Source of the DNA: Raillietiella orientalis
Lineage: Eukaryota
Assembly: GCA_036172245.1 (NCBI GenBank)
Contig: JAYWIR010000013.1
Span: 2,790,001-2,854,000 of the forward strand
Direction: 5' to 3'
Length of the DNA: 64,000 nt
Part shown: positions 1 through 12,280 of the stretch, piece after piece
Numbering within the stretch: position 1 is the stretch's first letter
How the letters are laid out: every line of letters begins with the position of its first letter
Made by a program: the position numbers and the translations under genes
Notes under the pieces: model-generated
Told to the model about the DNA's origin: nothing
Database searches by the model: none
What the model saw: only the letters and a program-made list of their open reading frames with translations

Positions 1-1099
1 AAGCGCACCACTCCGGAACGGTTCGGAATGGGATGAGCGCGCGCTGTTCACCAGCATCGGTGGCACCCACCAGCAGCTGCCATTCCTGTCGTCAGAGTCT
101 TCCAGCATCAGTAGCGCTTTGGCAATAAATTCAATCCGGAACGAAAATAAAAATAAAAATGCCTTAACTTAACGTGAAAAATCCGGATCCAAAGAGGAAA
201 GAAATCAACAGATGACGGAGCCACGGAGATGTTGCCCAGCGGCTGCGGCTGCTGCGCGTCGCGCGCGCTTTGTTTGCCGAGAGCCCCGCCCGCCTGCAAA
301 AAGAGTGGTTGGGTTGGTGAGGAGGAGGAAACGTTCGCGCTCTCCTTTTGCAGATGCATCCATGCAAATTGCTAGGAGCTCATCTCCGGGTTTCAGCACG
401 TCGGAGGCGCTCCGAACGGTAAGATTTCCGGAACTCGTAAATTTCTTCCCCGATGCCGAGAAATCAATAAAAATCGGAATTTAACACTCCGGATCTGAGG
501 ATGTAAGCCGTGCTCTCAATCCGCTCGGTTCACCTGAACTCCCCTGCTGGAAACCGTCGAGCGCATTTAATTTTTTATTTTTATTTTTTCCTCTCCTGAG
601 ATGATGGCTGAAACAAATCACGCGAACCGACGACTGCCATCGACGGGGCTGCTGCTCCGCGATGCGGAAAGGGTTACGGTTCCCAATAGATTCCATGTGC
701 GAGTGCCCACATAACTCAGCGACGCGCTCCCCACGATCCGCGTAATACAAGAGTAATCATGGAGCCGCTTAACTGCAAGAATAATTAACAGATTGCACCG
801 TGAGGATGTTTTACGCGTCCACACATCCGATTGCCTCGCAGGTACTTTGGCAACGAGAGAGAGAAAGATGCATGGATGGATGCTGCGCTGCCGTTTCGGC
901 TCCTTCAAGAGGTACCGCAGTATTCCTCCGAGAACGTGTTCCCAGCACGTGAGGATGCGGTTGCCGGGCTGCGAACCCGGCGGCGCGTTTGCACACGCAC
1001 GTTGACTCGTTCGTGCAACAGACTGATCTCTGGAAGGGGGGGGGGGGGGGGGGAGGGGGATGAAAACGTAAGGATCGTTTTCGTGTGCGCGCAATGGAC

Positions 1100-2039
1100 G
1101 ATGCTCTCGACAAGGAAAGCGGTCAACTTCCCGGGTCACGTGTAGCCAACATATGGACCCAGATCCGAAAAGCATCTTCATCAAAAGGTCTCCAGCAGCA
1201 AAGGCTAAAACTTGTGGGGGCGCGGACGACTCGGGAGGTCACGGACGCCGCGACCCCGAGTATCCCACCCCACGGGCTTGTACCTTGGGGAGAGATGCTC
1301 GACATCCCTGCGGAAGAGATGAAGTGGACCCCAGAGTGCTGGAGCAGTGGCGCCCTCAAGTGGAAGAAGTCGGCGTTGCTGGTGCTGCATGGGGGAACCC
1401 CGTGCAAAGCGCGCCTTTACAATGGACACGGGGGGGGGGGGGAGGAGGGGGTCACGGATGCTCGGTGCGACAGGTTCTGGAAGAAGGAGACTACCCCGCA
1501 CCTGCTGTTGGACTGCGCTGCCCTCCGACTCCTTTGGGGTGAGCGGCCCCAGGGGCGTTTGGAAACGCCTCTTCGCGCGTGCCGCTCTGCCACCACCAGC
1601 CGCGTCCCTCGCAGTTCTCTGCTGCGTCCGCGGAATCTTAGACAGCCTGGAGCGCGGGAATAAGATGCCAGAACGGCAGGGACGCCATCCACCGGGCACG
1701 GACCTTCCTGAGGACCTCCTCGAGATGGGCGCTATCCGGACACAACTTGCCAGCTTCAGGTGAACAGCTGATGCAGAGGATGCCTGGCAGCGTCCCGTGA
1801 TCCCTTCCTCGATTCTCCCCCTCCCTCTCCTCGCATGAATTCCCCTCCCCCGTTTTGCTTGTTTACTTTTTGTGCGTTTCGCTTTCGCCTCTCCCCCGCG
1901 CTGCCGAGGCGGACATCGCCGGCCTGCGCACCGCTCAACGGCGGGCTCACTGCGCGTGGCAGAACCGACGGCTATGCCACCACACAAATGCACTTTTGTT
2001 GTTTCACGTACGAAATGCCCCGGCGAAAACGGGTGATGA
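1100..2039 (+). mobile_element. L1/Tx1-like non-LTR retrotransposon, 3' fragment (zf-RVT-like C-terminus and 3' UTR), degenerate
   Basis: Translates to DAATP..WGEML..LKWKKSALLVLH..CDRF..ETTPHLLLDC, a CCHC zf-RVT-like motif, with frameshifts. It is followed by a pyrimidine tract and the family 3' end AAATGCCCCGG..CGGGTG (CGGGTG at 2030-2035). The 5' boundary is approximate. Confidence 0.75.
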
Positions 2040-2044
2040 CCATC

Positions 2045-2300
2045 TAAAAGGTTCCATGCTGGGTTTGTCAGCAGTCCACTTTCCGAAGATCTGGAATCAG
2101 CTAATGATAATTGCAGCACTGAACAGTGGATGCTCAACCAGGAAGGCATCCTTCCCTCGTCAGGCGGTAAAGATCAAAGGAGAAAACGTCAGCGCACATT
2201 TGGACGCTGCAGAGGTTGGTATTCCATCTCGGTGGATAGTCAAGCGAACTGGATGATGCGAGCATGATCGCAGCGCAGGCAGAGCATTTGTGTGTTACAG
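2045..2300 (+). mobile_element. CR1/L2/Jockey-like RT relic
   Basis: Weak motif echoes in the expected order across frames: GSMLG (~QGSVLG), SANDN (~YADD), ISVDSQANW (~LGIxxDxxLxW). Confidence 0.2.
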
Positions 2301-2819
2301 AGCTTCCTGCATCCTTCTTCCAGGATCTCGCTGGCGGCTTTTCTCCCTCCCAGCTGGCGTCTCTTTCACGAGACAGAACCGCTCTTCTTTTTCCTTTTTT
2401 TTTTTTTCATTTGTTTACAAAAACAACAGATTATGCTGACCACGCGAGGGGATTTTCGTTTCAAGATCATCACTCTCTGGTTGCGGCCTCGAGCTCGAAT
2501 CCTTGTTTTTTCTTTCCCTCCCCCTCCCCTCCCTCTCCCCGTCACATCTACGCCTCAGGAATTCGTTCCCGTCATCCCTTAAGGAAATGCAGTCTCATCT
2601 CAAGGAATCAACGAACTCTCGTTCGAGAGATGCTCGCTGCTTTCGAACGTTCCAACATCCAAGGAATGGTTGGGGAGAAACAGACGCGATATTCACGGCA
2701 TAAGTAATTCGTTTTGGCGATTCCGGGGAGGTGGTAAATGATGGAAGATCCACGACACGACACATCAAGCAATCACCCTCGAAGAATATTTTCAAGGTCC
2801 GTGGAGACTTTCAGAGGAG

Positions 2820-3050
2820 ATGCAGCCTCAGAGAGCGGGGGCAATCTCCGTGCACCCTGTCAGTTATGGGAATGCTTTGCCGCGACCCTTCGACGACAGC
2901 CCCAGGGACGCCGCTTCCTTCCTCTTTGCGCGGGATGCACTGCAGCCAGCCGAAGTCCTTGGGCTGCACCCGCGGGATTGTGGTCCGGCGTGGAGCGAAG
3001 CCATCAGAGGAACCGAATCGAGGGACGTGTCCTCCTGGTGCAGCAGGAGC
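2820..3050 (+). mobile_element. L1/Tx1-like C-terminal fragment
   Basis: PRDAASFLFARDALQPA..AWS matches the family C-terminus (compare PRDVLRPLFVRDALQPA near 26380). Confidence 0.6.
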
Positions 3051-3550
3051 GCTGATGCCAGCCTCCGCCGCAGTTCCTGGAGGGCACCGCAGTTGGAAAG
3101 CAGGTGCGGCGGGATCGACTCCGCCCAACTCGCGCCTGGCACAGTCCTGGAATGCAACCCCTCCGGCAACGAATTGTGCAGGCCCTCGTCGCACTGGAAT
3201 CCCCAGTGGATGAAGAAGAGCAGTACGACCTGTTTCCAGGCGAGGGGGAACCACGAACCGTCCGCACAATGGGGAGGAACCACAAGTTCTTCAGGGGCAA
3301 CACTCGAGAGTTCGCCCCATCGAAGAAGGGGTCCCGTCGCCACAGAACGCGGGGTGGCAGCATCCACCAGCTCGCGCGTCTTCCAGCCCGAGGAGTTTTG
3401 TTTCTTCCCGCGATGATGCAAGACAACTCCCATCTCGCCGGTGGGCTACTGTCATTTCTTGCCCCGAGGGGCAGACAGCACTGCGGCGAGGGGCCATGGT
3501 GGAAAACTTCACCGCGTCCTGCATCGCCACTTCCAGAGATCGTGACAACA
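3050..3550 (-). mobile_element. L1/Tx1-like zf-RVT-region fragment, converging on the previous fragment
   Basis: ORF 2864..3433(-) reads ELVDAATP..LLRWGEL..PLAWKQVVLLFFIHW..HLLSNC. Confidence 0.65.
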
Positions 3551-4249
3551 GGTGTCTCCGGGGTCGAAGATCATCAGGGAACATTCCCTGGAACGCAGTC
3601 CAAACGTTAAAGTTCGTTGAGAGGCAGAAGATCCACGCTTCGGCTTTGGCAGAGAGACAGGGAGTGGCCTCATGGAACAGCCGAATACCCGCATTCTGTG
3701 ATTCTGCCTTGTTGCTGCTGTTATTGGCCGAATGCTGACGTCTCTCCCTAAAAAAAAAAATCCATCCCTAACTGCAACTGGTGTATCGAAGAGTGAGTGA
3801 TGCTTTAGTCAATAAAGCCGAGACCTTTATTGACCTTGAGCAGAAGAGAATGCAACAACCTATGTACGGTGAATACTGTGGCCGAAACGTCGATTTGGTG
3901 GCAGCGGCGTAGCGAACCGTTTTCAAAGTAAGTGGCAACACTGCAACTCTTCCTCTTCATTTCTAAGATGAACTCGCGCAAGTAGAGAAAGTGAAATGTG
4001 CTTCCCTTTCGTTCAAAGACATCTCTGAAGTGACCGACAAAGTTGGGTTATGCTTCTTCCTTCTGCCTTTAGATTCTTGTGGATGCTTCCCGCTGCATCA
4101 GCAAAGCTCCGGCATCGTCATCTTGGAATAGAATTTCCAACAATTGCTCTTCCTGCATGCCTCTTCCTGCTCACGGCCTTCGAAGCCGCAAGTAATGAAG
4201 TCGTCATGGAGACCACTGAGAAAAACTGAAAGAGAACGGAATGTTCCTC

Positions 4250-5722
4250 TCCTTTCTGAAGCTGCGAACTGTGGCTGCGGAAAGCCGAAAGGAAGATGTT
4301 GCAGTGAACCGAGGGACGATTTGCAGAGAACTTTCCAAGATTGACATGATTCTGATAATTTGGAGGCAGGAAGCTCCAAAACACTCTCAAGAAAGGGTGC
4401 AAAAGGTGTGGGTCACGCAACTCCACTTCTCAGGGTTTCTTCGACGATCTGTTCCTTATCTCAGCTATCTCTTGTGTGATGGTCGTTCAAAAAGACAAAA
4501 AAAAAGACAAATGATTCGTTGCCATGGTGTGTAGCTAAAGGGTAACTGCTTATTATGACTCATCAGATAATCGTAAAGCGGAAACGAACCAGAACGAAGT
4601 ACTCAAAGACAACGAAGATAGGGGGAAAATCGCACCCGAAGGTGGTGCTTTTGAGCCTCGAAACGAAAGAAAGATGCGAAGCAGAGTCTTTTGCTGCAGT
4701 GGATGTCAGCCTCCTCTCTGGATTCAATGGCGTGATGGGAAAGCCATGGAAGCAGCTGCTCTACCTCATGTCAGAGAGAAGCGAGTTGAATTGATCGAAA
4801 CAAAACAAAGTAGAAGGAGTCAGCCCACTGCCTGAGAACTACTTAAAGGAAAACTGTGCAGGCATGGTGACAAGTCTCACCATCGCCACACCTACTCAGT
4901 GTTCGTCGCCACGGAATTCGATATGCCTGCTTTTCCCTTCGTCCTAGATTCTTCAGCAAATCTGTGTATCCGAGAGGTGGCCCTGAATTAGTGCACGTGG
5001 TTTCGACAGCCAGTTGGCCAGGAGCCTCAGTGAAGTCCACCGTGAGAGCAGCAAATCAGACCCACGACGGGGAAACGTCGAGAAAGAGGCCGCAAAACGA
5101 GGCAATCACCTCTTCCAGGGAATCCCCTCTTCACCCATCAACACGGAACGTTTTCCTTGGGACCGGACTTCCGTGCTGGCCCACTCTGCCACCTCCGTGG
5201 GAGCAACGAGAAGGAACGAACAAGCAAAGCGCCAAGACGGAGAGCACTTCAGCTGACTGAAGCAACGCTTCAGTCAATCCTCCTGAAGGACGTCAGGAAG
5301 TGGAATGGGGCAGTGGCTGACTGCTGCTGCACTACCTTGAGCAGCAGAGGCAAACCTCTCAAGGGTGCTCTTCCGTCGAGAAAGGAAGGGAGGCAGGAGG
5401 CGAGGGGCGCAAACCCCAGGCGCTGATGAGTCACTCTTTTCCAAGGAGAAATGTACGTCACTTGGATGCTGGCATGTTCTTCAGGGCGCTTCGCTGATTG
5501 GCTCGAATTCGCACGCGCGCTTTCCTCGTTTCGCAGTCAGCATTTCTCTTCCACGGGAGAGATGCGGACCAGGCTGGAGAGGTCAGCTGGTCACCTTTTC
5601 AGGTACCACCATGTGCAGGCGAGCGGGACACTTCCCGCCCTTCGATGGAGCCTGTCTTGACTGCCTCCTGTTCAGGTGATATGGGCGTGCAAACTGGTCA
5701 CACCGTGCTCCTGACCTCACCC
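4250..5722 (+). mobile_element. possible interrupted Tc1/Tc3-like transposase relic
   Basis: LSEAA (~FSDEA) and IWRQEAP..QKVWV (~IWxxENP..KVxVW) at about 4250-4415, and NWSHRAPDLT (~WPPRSPDLTP) at about 5692-5721. The spacing is too long for an intact gene. Confidence 0.2.
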
Positions 5723-8700
5723 GAGAGGTCACCAAAACGCTCATCCGAAGAAGGGACGGACAGTTGAAGAAGCTTTTCGTCCGTTGCTTCCGAAAAGATC
5801 ATCATCTCCACGTCATCCCCCTCTCAAGGCAAAAAGATGCCTCCACTCCGGAAGAAACGGGTTCTTTGCCCTCTCCAATTCTGTCTGGTTCCTTCCGCCT
5901 AAGAGCTGCTCGAAGGAAGGCCGTGCTTGATCGTCACCCCCTGAAACAAAAGACCTCTCCAGCTTCAGATCTGCTAAGGTCGGAAAAGACGGTTTGGAGA
6001 AAATTCGGAAGGGAGAAAAAAGCAAGGAAGTCGAAAATGAGTCGGATGCCCTCCCATGCGAAAAGTGAAGCGACCTTTTCTGGATGATATGGAAGGGAGG
6101 ATGTGGAAGGATGGGATATGGAAGACAGAACTTCGGAAAATTCCATCGGAAGCAGACGTGGAAAGCAATCCATCCGTTTCCCTGGCAGAGTTCCACTTTG
6201 GAATCCCGGGTGAGTCCCTCTTCAAGGAAGGAACGCTGCAACATGGGAAGACAAAAGTCAGGTGACCTTCCCGCCATATCAAATGAGCGCTTCTGCATCA
6301 TAGGTTCCACACGCGAGAGCACATGTCTCCAAGGAGCACATGAGAGCACACTCCTTGTCTTGACATTGTCAAGACAAGCAGCAGAAGGAATGGATCCAAT
6401 CCCTGCAAGAAGTGGATAATGAAAAGTTCTTCTTGAGAGTGATTCAAGGTACAAATTTCGGTCAAACAGTACGTACCCTGTCCTGTTCGTTCACGATGTG
6501 ATCACAGTTGACTACTTGCATGTACAGCTTCTCATGGTCGCTGTCCACAGAAGACATCCAAGGAAGAAACCTTCAATCCTTTGTCTGGAATGGAGAAACC
6601 ACGAATTGCAGACAATTTTTTTTTTCTTCCGGGCCTCAAAAGAGTTGAGAAAACGAGACCACAGAGGGCTCACATCGTCCACCGCGCTTATGTTTTGGAG
6701 CCGAACCCTCTCGAGCTCAGACGTAAGCATCTCCTGTGAAGAGAGGAGAACACGCTTTTCATTGTGGAAGAGCAGGGGCACCAAAAGGGAGTCAAGGTGC
6801 TATTCTTGAACGGTCTCCTTCGCATTCCCGCTGTTGTGCTGGTGCAGTCTTTCGCTTGGAGTTGTCTGCCGGGCAGAGAGCGGAGTCCCCAGAATGGGAA
6901 GATTTGTTCCAGGGAGAAGGGAGAAGCTCCCTACAAAAGGGTGGGTCCTGAGAGGAGTCTCAGAAGGGGAAAAGGCAGTCCTTCAGGATGCGCACACACC
7001 CCCTTAGAGAAGCGCGGCGTGCAGGATCTCACAACGGAGACGATACGCACGTGACCACGACCATCATTTGAGACCTCTGATTGCTGGAGGTCACTCTTCA
7101 GAAAGCTCTTCACTTGTACTCGTCGTGATGGAGGGCAGCGTCTCTGTGGTCAGCCTGCCGTTCGAGGGGTGCTCACGAAGACCTCGGAGCTTCCTGCATC
7201 GAGCGCAGGAAGCGGCTGCTGTAGGTTGCTGATGGTTCTGGGGACAGTGTGGATCTGCCTCTCAGGTGGCCTCTCCGTGTGTGCACCTTGCAGAAGAAGA
7301 GCTTGTACCCCGGCCTCTGGTCCTGCTTGCAGACCTGCACTACTGTCGGAGGTTGGCCGGACTGTCCGGTTCACAGCGCAGCTCAAACAGATGGGAGATC
7401 TTCACGAGGGTCAGACCAGTAGAGACCTTCCAGGAGAAACCCTAACCTCCCAAGAGAGATTACGCGAGTAGCGCGGCATCTTGATATCGCAGAGCAACAG
7501 CAGCAGCGCGTTCCCCTTTCCACCTTCACAGATGGGGCTCCTCTGTCGACATGACCACAGCATCACAGAGGCTGGCTTCCGTGCCATGGGTTGTTGTGTG
7601 TCCATGAAAGTGCTGACCACAAAGGCAGCACCCCACGGCACGGAAGTTGGACCACGAATCAGACCCGACGTTCCAGCGACCGGCCTCTTCGGAGTGCATC
7701 TGAAGACCGCATCGGGTGGGCCAATCCGAGTCCCCCCCGCCCCATCCACCCACACTCCAGAAAATACATAAATTGCGGGAGGACAATCCTCGAGAAAATA
7801 TATCCTGAGGGCATCATCTTTCTGTCTTTCTGTCTCCGCGTTCTGGATCGGACACGGAGGAGATCGGAGGGCGGGTCCAAAACCTGGCAGCGAACTTCTT
7901 CAGCGTCCTTCCGGAGATGCACGAGTTTGTTTCGGGTTCGAGAACAGCCCCTCAGAGAACCGAGGTACAACATCGATGGGAAACCTCCTTTCCTCCTTGC
8001 CGGGATATCACTTTGCGGTCACGTCGCGGGAACAGCTCGCAGCACGAAACGAAGCGGGTTCGGATCCCTGAGGGGAAACTCCCTCTCGAACGTTCGGGGC
8101 TCAGAGAGCGTGCGGGGAATCGCCAAAGAAAAACCCGCTGCTACTTCAGCAAAGAAACCAAGATTTCCGTGAAACATCTGCTGGGAGGGATGGTGAACAT
8201 GGTGGAACCAGACCTTTCATTTTCTCGCGTACTGCTCGCGGACTGTCGTGCCCTCCGGCAACACACCGTCTGCGAACGGCACTCCGATTCCCTTGCTGCG
8301 TCCCTACTCTCTTGCGATGAAGGTCTGCTGTCCTCCTCCCCGCCCCCGGCGATGCTTCCAAACTTTTTTCCCTTAGAGTGCAGGATGGCGGCGTTTGGAA
8401 GTGTCTGAGAGGAGGAGGAGAAATGTCCTCCACCTCTCAGGCACCTGAGATCAAAACCAATACAGCTCCCCGGGAGCTGGAAGCTGCTCAGGTGCACGCC
8501 GAGACTCGGGAGGCGTCTCGCGATGATGACCCACGTCCAGACATGCGAAGGAGCAGCTCGGTCATCCTCTTGATGGAACGGACCTCCCTCAACCTCAAGG
8601 AGATAGCCAACATGCTGGACACGGGTCACTGCGGCATCTCCGATTTTGAAAGCTCCACACTCATGGGGAAGCTTCTCTTTGCTAGCGGCAGCTTCGTCCA

Positions 8701-9899
8701 CTGTGGATCCTCCTTGACCGTCCGCGAACGGCACTTCGATTCCCTTGTTACGTCCCTACTCTTGCGGTGAACATCTGCTGTCCTCCTCCTCCCTTTCATA
8801 AGCCTCTTGGATTTCAGAGGAATCGGTTTCAATGAATCCATGTCGTAGACAACGTAGAAGCCGCTGTGAATCTTCTCGCCCGTCCCTTCTCTGTCGACTG
8901 GTCTAGGGACACCATCCCTTGATTTCTTCCTCCTCTTCCATACCAACCGACGAGCGAGCGATGCACCCAGCCTTCAGTTGGGATTTCCAGCCCCATCTGG
9001 AAACTTCCTGGGAACTTCTGGAACTCTGCGAACGGATGGCTGGGAGGGAGGTAAATGCTGTTAGCTCGCCTTTGATTCGGGGCGAACCAAGTGGAGTCCA
9101 TCATCAGCGGGAGAGGAATAGCACAAAGTCGTAAATATCTCCTAGAGATTTGATTGGTCCTGGAAATATGATGCGGATCAATCTTGGGTGGAATTTCGAG
9201 GAGTTGGTACCAGCATCTGGAAAGCTTGCCTTTTTGGAAGGGGAAGCATGGAGTGGGGAACTTGACGTGGAGAGAAAGTCTGCCTCTTCGGCAAGAATGA
9301 GTGTCGGGTGGGTTCGGGGTAGAGGAGGGGGAGACCAGGGAAGAGACGCACGACGAGCGACACGGGGACGACCAGATGGGAACCGAAGGAAGCCAGCTGC
9401 AGATGGTACAGTGCTCCGGTAGGAAAAGCTAATGCAGGCGAGAGAGGATGATTTTCTCCTCCGTCGGTGAAGCCGGAAGGCGGACTGCAGGTGCTCAAGG
9501 CTAAGTTCCTGCATGGACGCATCCCACGAGGTCGTGTCAGGTTCTGAAATTTCCCTTGGATTCCCGGCCACACCCGCATCGTTACCATGATCCTTGTTCA
9601 CCTCCCATCGGCGATCTTTTTTTTCTCCTTCCGACAGATCGAGGTCGATGGTGTCTTTCTGTTGGCAAGCGATACGTGTCTCGGGCGTGAGCAGCGGGAA
9701 ACTCCTCTAGTCCTCATGAGAAGGGCGAGGAAGTTCACCGATCCACTTTGGACCGGCATAAGGCGAGCAGTGCAACGTGTGTAAGGGAGCAGGAAGGCTG
9801 AGGTGTGGCAGCAGCGTCCAGATCATTCCGAACCACAAATGGACAGCTCAGTCCGCATAGACGCGACCGAAACTGTGCGCGGGATCAAGAGAGTCGCCC

Positions 9900-10206
9900 G
9901 GAAATTTTGGGAGCTGGCCGCGCCTCCAACCTGCGTGTGTCCAGCAGCCCTCCAGTCCCGAGGGTCTTCGTCGTCGGAAGTGTTCTCACTCAGAAGGTGG
10001 GACTTCCGGACGTGGCGTGGTTCCCGACGCAGTACGCGGAGTGGATGCTTCTCTGAAAAGAGCACTGCACGTTTCCCTAAGCAGGATGCAATTGATCCCC
10101 TTCTCGTGTATCTCCTGGAAGCTGCATCTCCCGAACAGTGATTTTCTGCTCGTTTTGTCGAAACAGCCTCGTTGCATCTGCACAACTGGACGCTTCCTTC
10201 TTCACC
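9900..10206 (+). mobile_element. CR1/L2-like AP-endonuclease relic, the target of the insertion at 10222
   Basis: VFVVG..GLPDVAW resembles IxVGDFNLPxIxW, and HHP lies at the insertion point. Confidence 0.25.
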
Positions 10207-10221
10207 ATCCACGTACTCTCT

Positions 10222-10967
10222 GAGCTACCACTTATTCCTCCGGAGGAGGTGCAGTGGTCCCCAGCGTGCTGGAACGGCGCAACTCTCCCCTAAAGTGACA
10301 GGACCCTGATGCTGCTGCACTGAGACCTCCCGTGCAACGCCCACCGACTTCATTGGACCCGAGGGAGGAGGTGGGCCTGAACTGCAGCAGGTGCGGAGAA
10401 GGAGAGTCGCTCACGCACCTGCTCATGGATTGTGTTCCCCTCCATCCCTTTTGGGAGCGCTTCGCCGCGTCCCTGGGGATCACCGAGGGCAACCCCAGAG
10501 ACTTTCCGAAGCGCATCTTCCTGCGCGACGCCCTCGCACCGGCCGCATCCCTAGCAGCACTTTGCTGCCTACGTTGCGGGACGGTGGCTGCATGGAGCAA
10601 CGGCAGAGGAGGAGTCCAGGACGATAGGGACACCATCTATTTTGCCTGTCATCTTCATGAGGATAACGTCAAGATGGCCTCGAATGGGAATACTGAAACA
10701 GGAACTTGCCGGCATCCTGCAAAGGATGCAGAGGACACCCTCCAACATGAGGTGATCCCTTCCCGAACCCTCCCAATTTTTGTACTTTTTGTTTTGCTGT
10801 CTTTTCTTTTTGTTGTTCCCCTCCTCCTCTGCTACCGAGGCGAACCACGCCGACCTGCGGGCCGGTTACTCGGCAGGTTCCGAACATTTTTGAACAATGT
10901 AGAGCCGATGACCCTACACATGTACGCTTATTTTTTATAATAGATGCCCCGGAGCAATCGGGTGTCA
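10222..10967 (+). mobile_element. 5'-truncated L1/Tx1-like insertion with 15-bp TSD
   Basis: Perfect flanking repeat ATCCACGTACTCTCT at 10207-10221 and 10968-10982. Encodes the zinc finger CSRCGEGESLTHLLMDC and has the family 3' terminus without poly(A). Confidence 0.9.
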
Positions 10968-11599
10968 ATCCACGTACTCTCTTTGTGTCGTTGATGGATT
11001 TTGGTTGAGCTTCCACTGACCGGAGTAAGTGTTGCCAAACGACAGGAGAGTCCGTTCATTACGGAAGCGACACTCGACGGTGAAGGATCTAAGAACTGCG
11101 ACGTTGCCACCAGCTACCGACTACTCTTTTCGCGAAGTGAGAAGCCTCCCTCACTTTGCAGGAGCTGGAAGTTCTCAGACCACACTCGAGCCGGCTCTGC
11201 CTTATTGAGTGAACGGAGGGGATCAGATGGAAGAAAGACGTCGGAATGCTGACATTCTTCGCCATCTTCGTGCCCCGTCCGCTTTCCCGGCACGCCCTTG
11301 CGCAAGTTACGGTATCTCCTCCAAAAATGCTCCCTCCGCAGCATCCTCGTCAGTCCTCTTGGGCGTCGGGGCCGTGGGCTAATCGTTCATCGGCAGCAGC
11401 ATATGCTCCAAGCCATGGGTCCAATGTGAGCCGCGACTATTCTGGGTGCTGGAGGCAACCAGAAGGCATGGACGCGAAACCTCCGGATCTCGCGTCGCCT
11501 CTTCACTCTAGGCATCCCGGGACCATGGAAAGCGGACGCTGGCGCTCGAACGCGGTTCCTCGAACATGCTTCGTCTCCAGGGAGGTGTGTAGCGATGTC

Positions 11600-11970
11600 T
11601 CGCTCTCTCTCCGCACCTGGATCGTGTTGCCCTCCGGCCCGTCTGCGAACGCTTTTTGCGACCCTAGGAACCCGCGGCGGCCACGCCAGGAACGCGTTGA
11701 GACCTTCCTCGCACGCGGCGCACTTCAGCTGCTGTCAGCCTCGCTGGCAGCTCTCTGCTGCTTCCAGGTGTGTGCTCTCTGCTGCTGCCATCTTGCCGGA
11801 ATGCTGCTGCCCTCAGGACTCCCCCCGGGAGTCCCCGGGTGCGGTGATGCCTGCGGGCGTTGCAGCTCTGGGAGACCCCAGAGCAGCGGCATCGCATCGA
11901 CGCAGGCTCCTGCCACTTCAAAGTAAGGGTGCGGGTGTCCAAGAGGACCGGGGATCACTGCAGATCCTCC
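11600..11970. mobile_element. L1/Tx1-like C-terminal fragment with internal inversion
   Basis: 11970->11790(-) reads TLTLKWQE..CNARRHH. 11600->11790(+) reads the downstream FLARGALQ..SLAALCC segment. Confidence 0.55.
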
Positions 11971-12139
11971 TTCTATCTGTATTTGGTCTTTTTTCTTTCT
12001 CGAGCACTCCTGAATGCGTCACGGGCGCCTCTCGAAAGCGAGGGAAAGTCGAGGACGACCATTTCGGTTCTCTTGAGCAGTGCCAAATCATCCGGAAGCC
12101 GACCCAGAGTCCATTTTGAGGGTGGACTAATTCCAGAAA

Positions 12140-12280
12140 GCGTTTCCTAGCTCCCTTCAGCATGGTGAAGATGGTGATGTCATCCGACATGTATTGGATA
12201 TCCACTGGACAACTAGGACAGCTTCCGAGCGACAAACACTCACCGACATGCGCGAGTATTCGGGAGACAACCATTGACCT
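12140..12280 (-). mobile_element. RT catalytic-motif relic
   Basis: IQYMSDDITIF resembles LQYADDITIF. Confidence 0.3.

Noticed and set aside
5423..5470. CTGATGA..GAAA hammerhead-like core (also CAGAAGA..CGAAAC at about 3841-3890)
   Set aside because: Stems I-III and the NUH cleavage triplet cannot be formed convincingly.
6155..6180. DVESNP resembling a 2A ribosome-skipping motif
   Set aside because: It is followed by SV rather than the obligatory GP, and no endonuclease domain is recognisable downstream.
8800..10200. F-box/kelch-like host pseudogene on the minus strand
   Set aside because: Only scattered short words support it, and part of the region fits a LINE endonuclease on the plus strand better.
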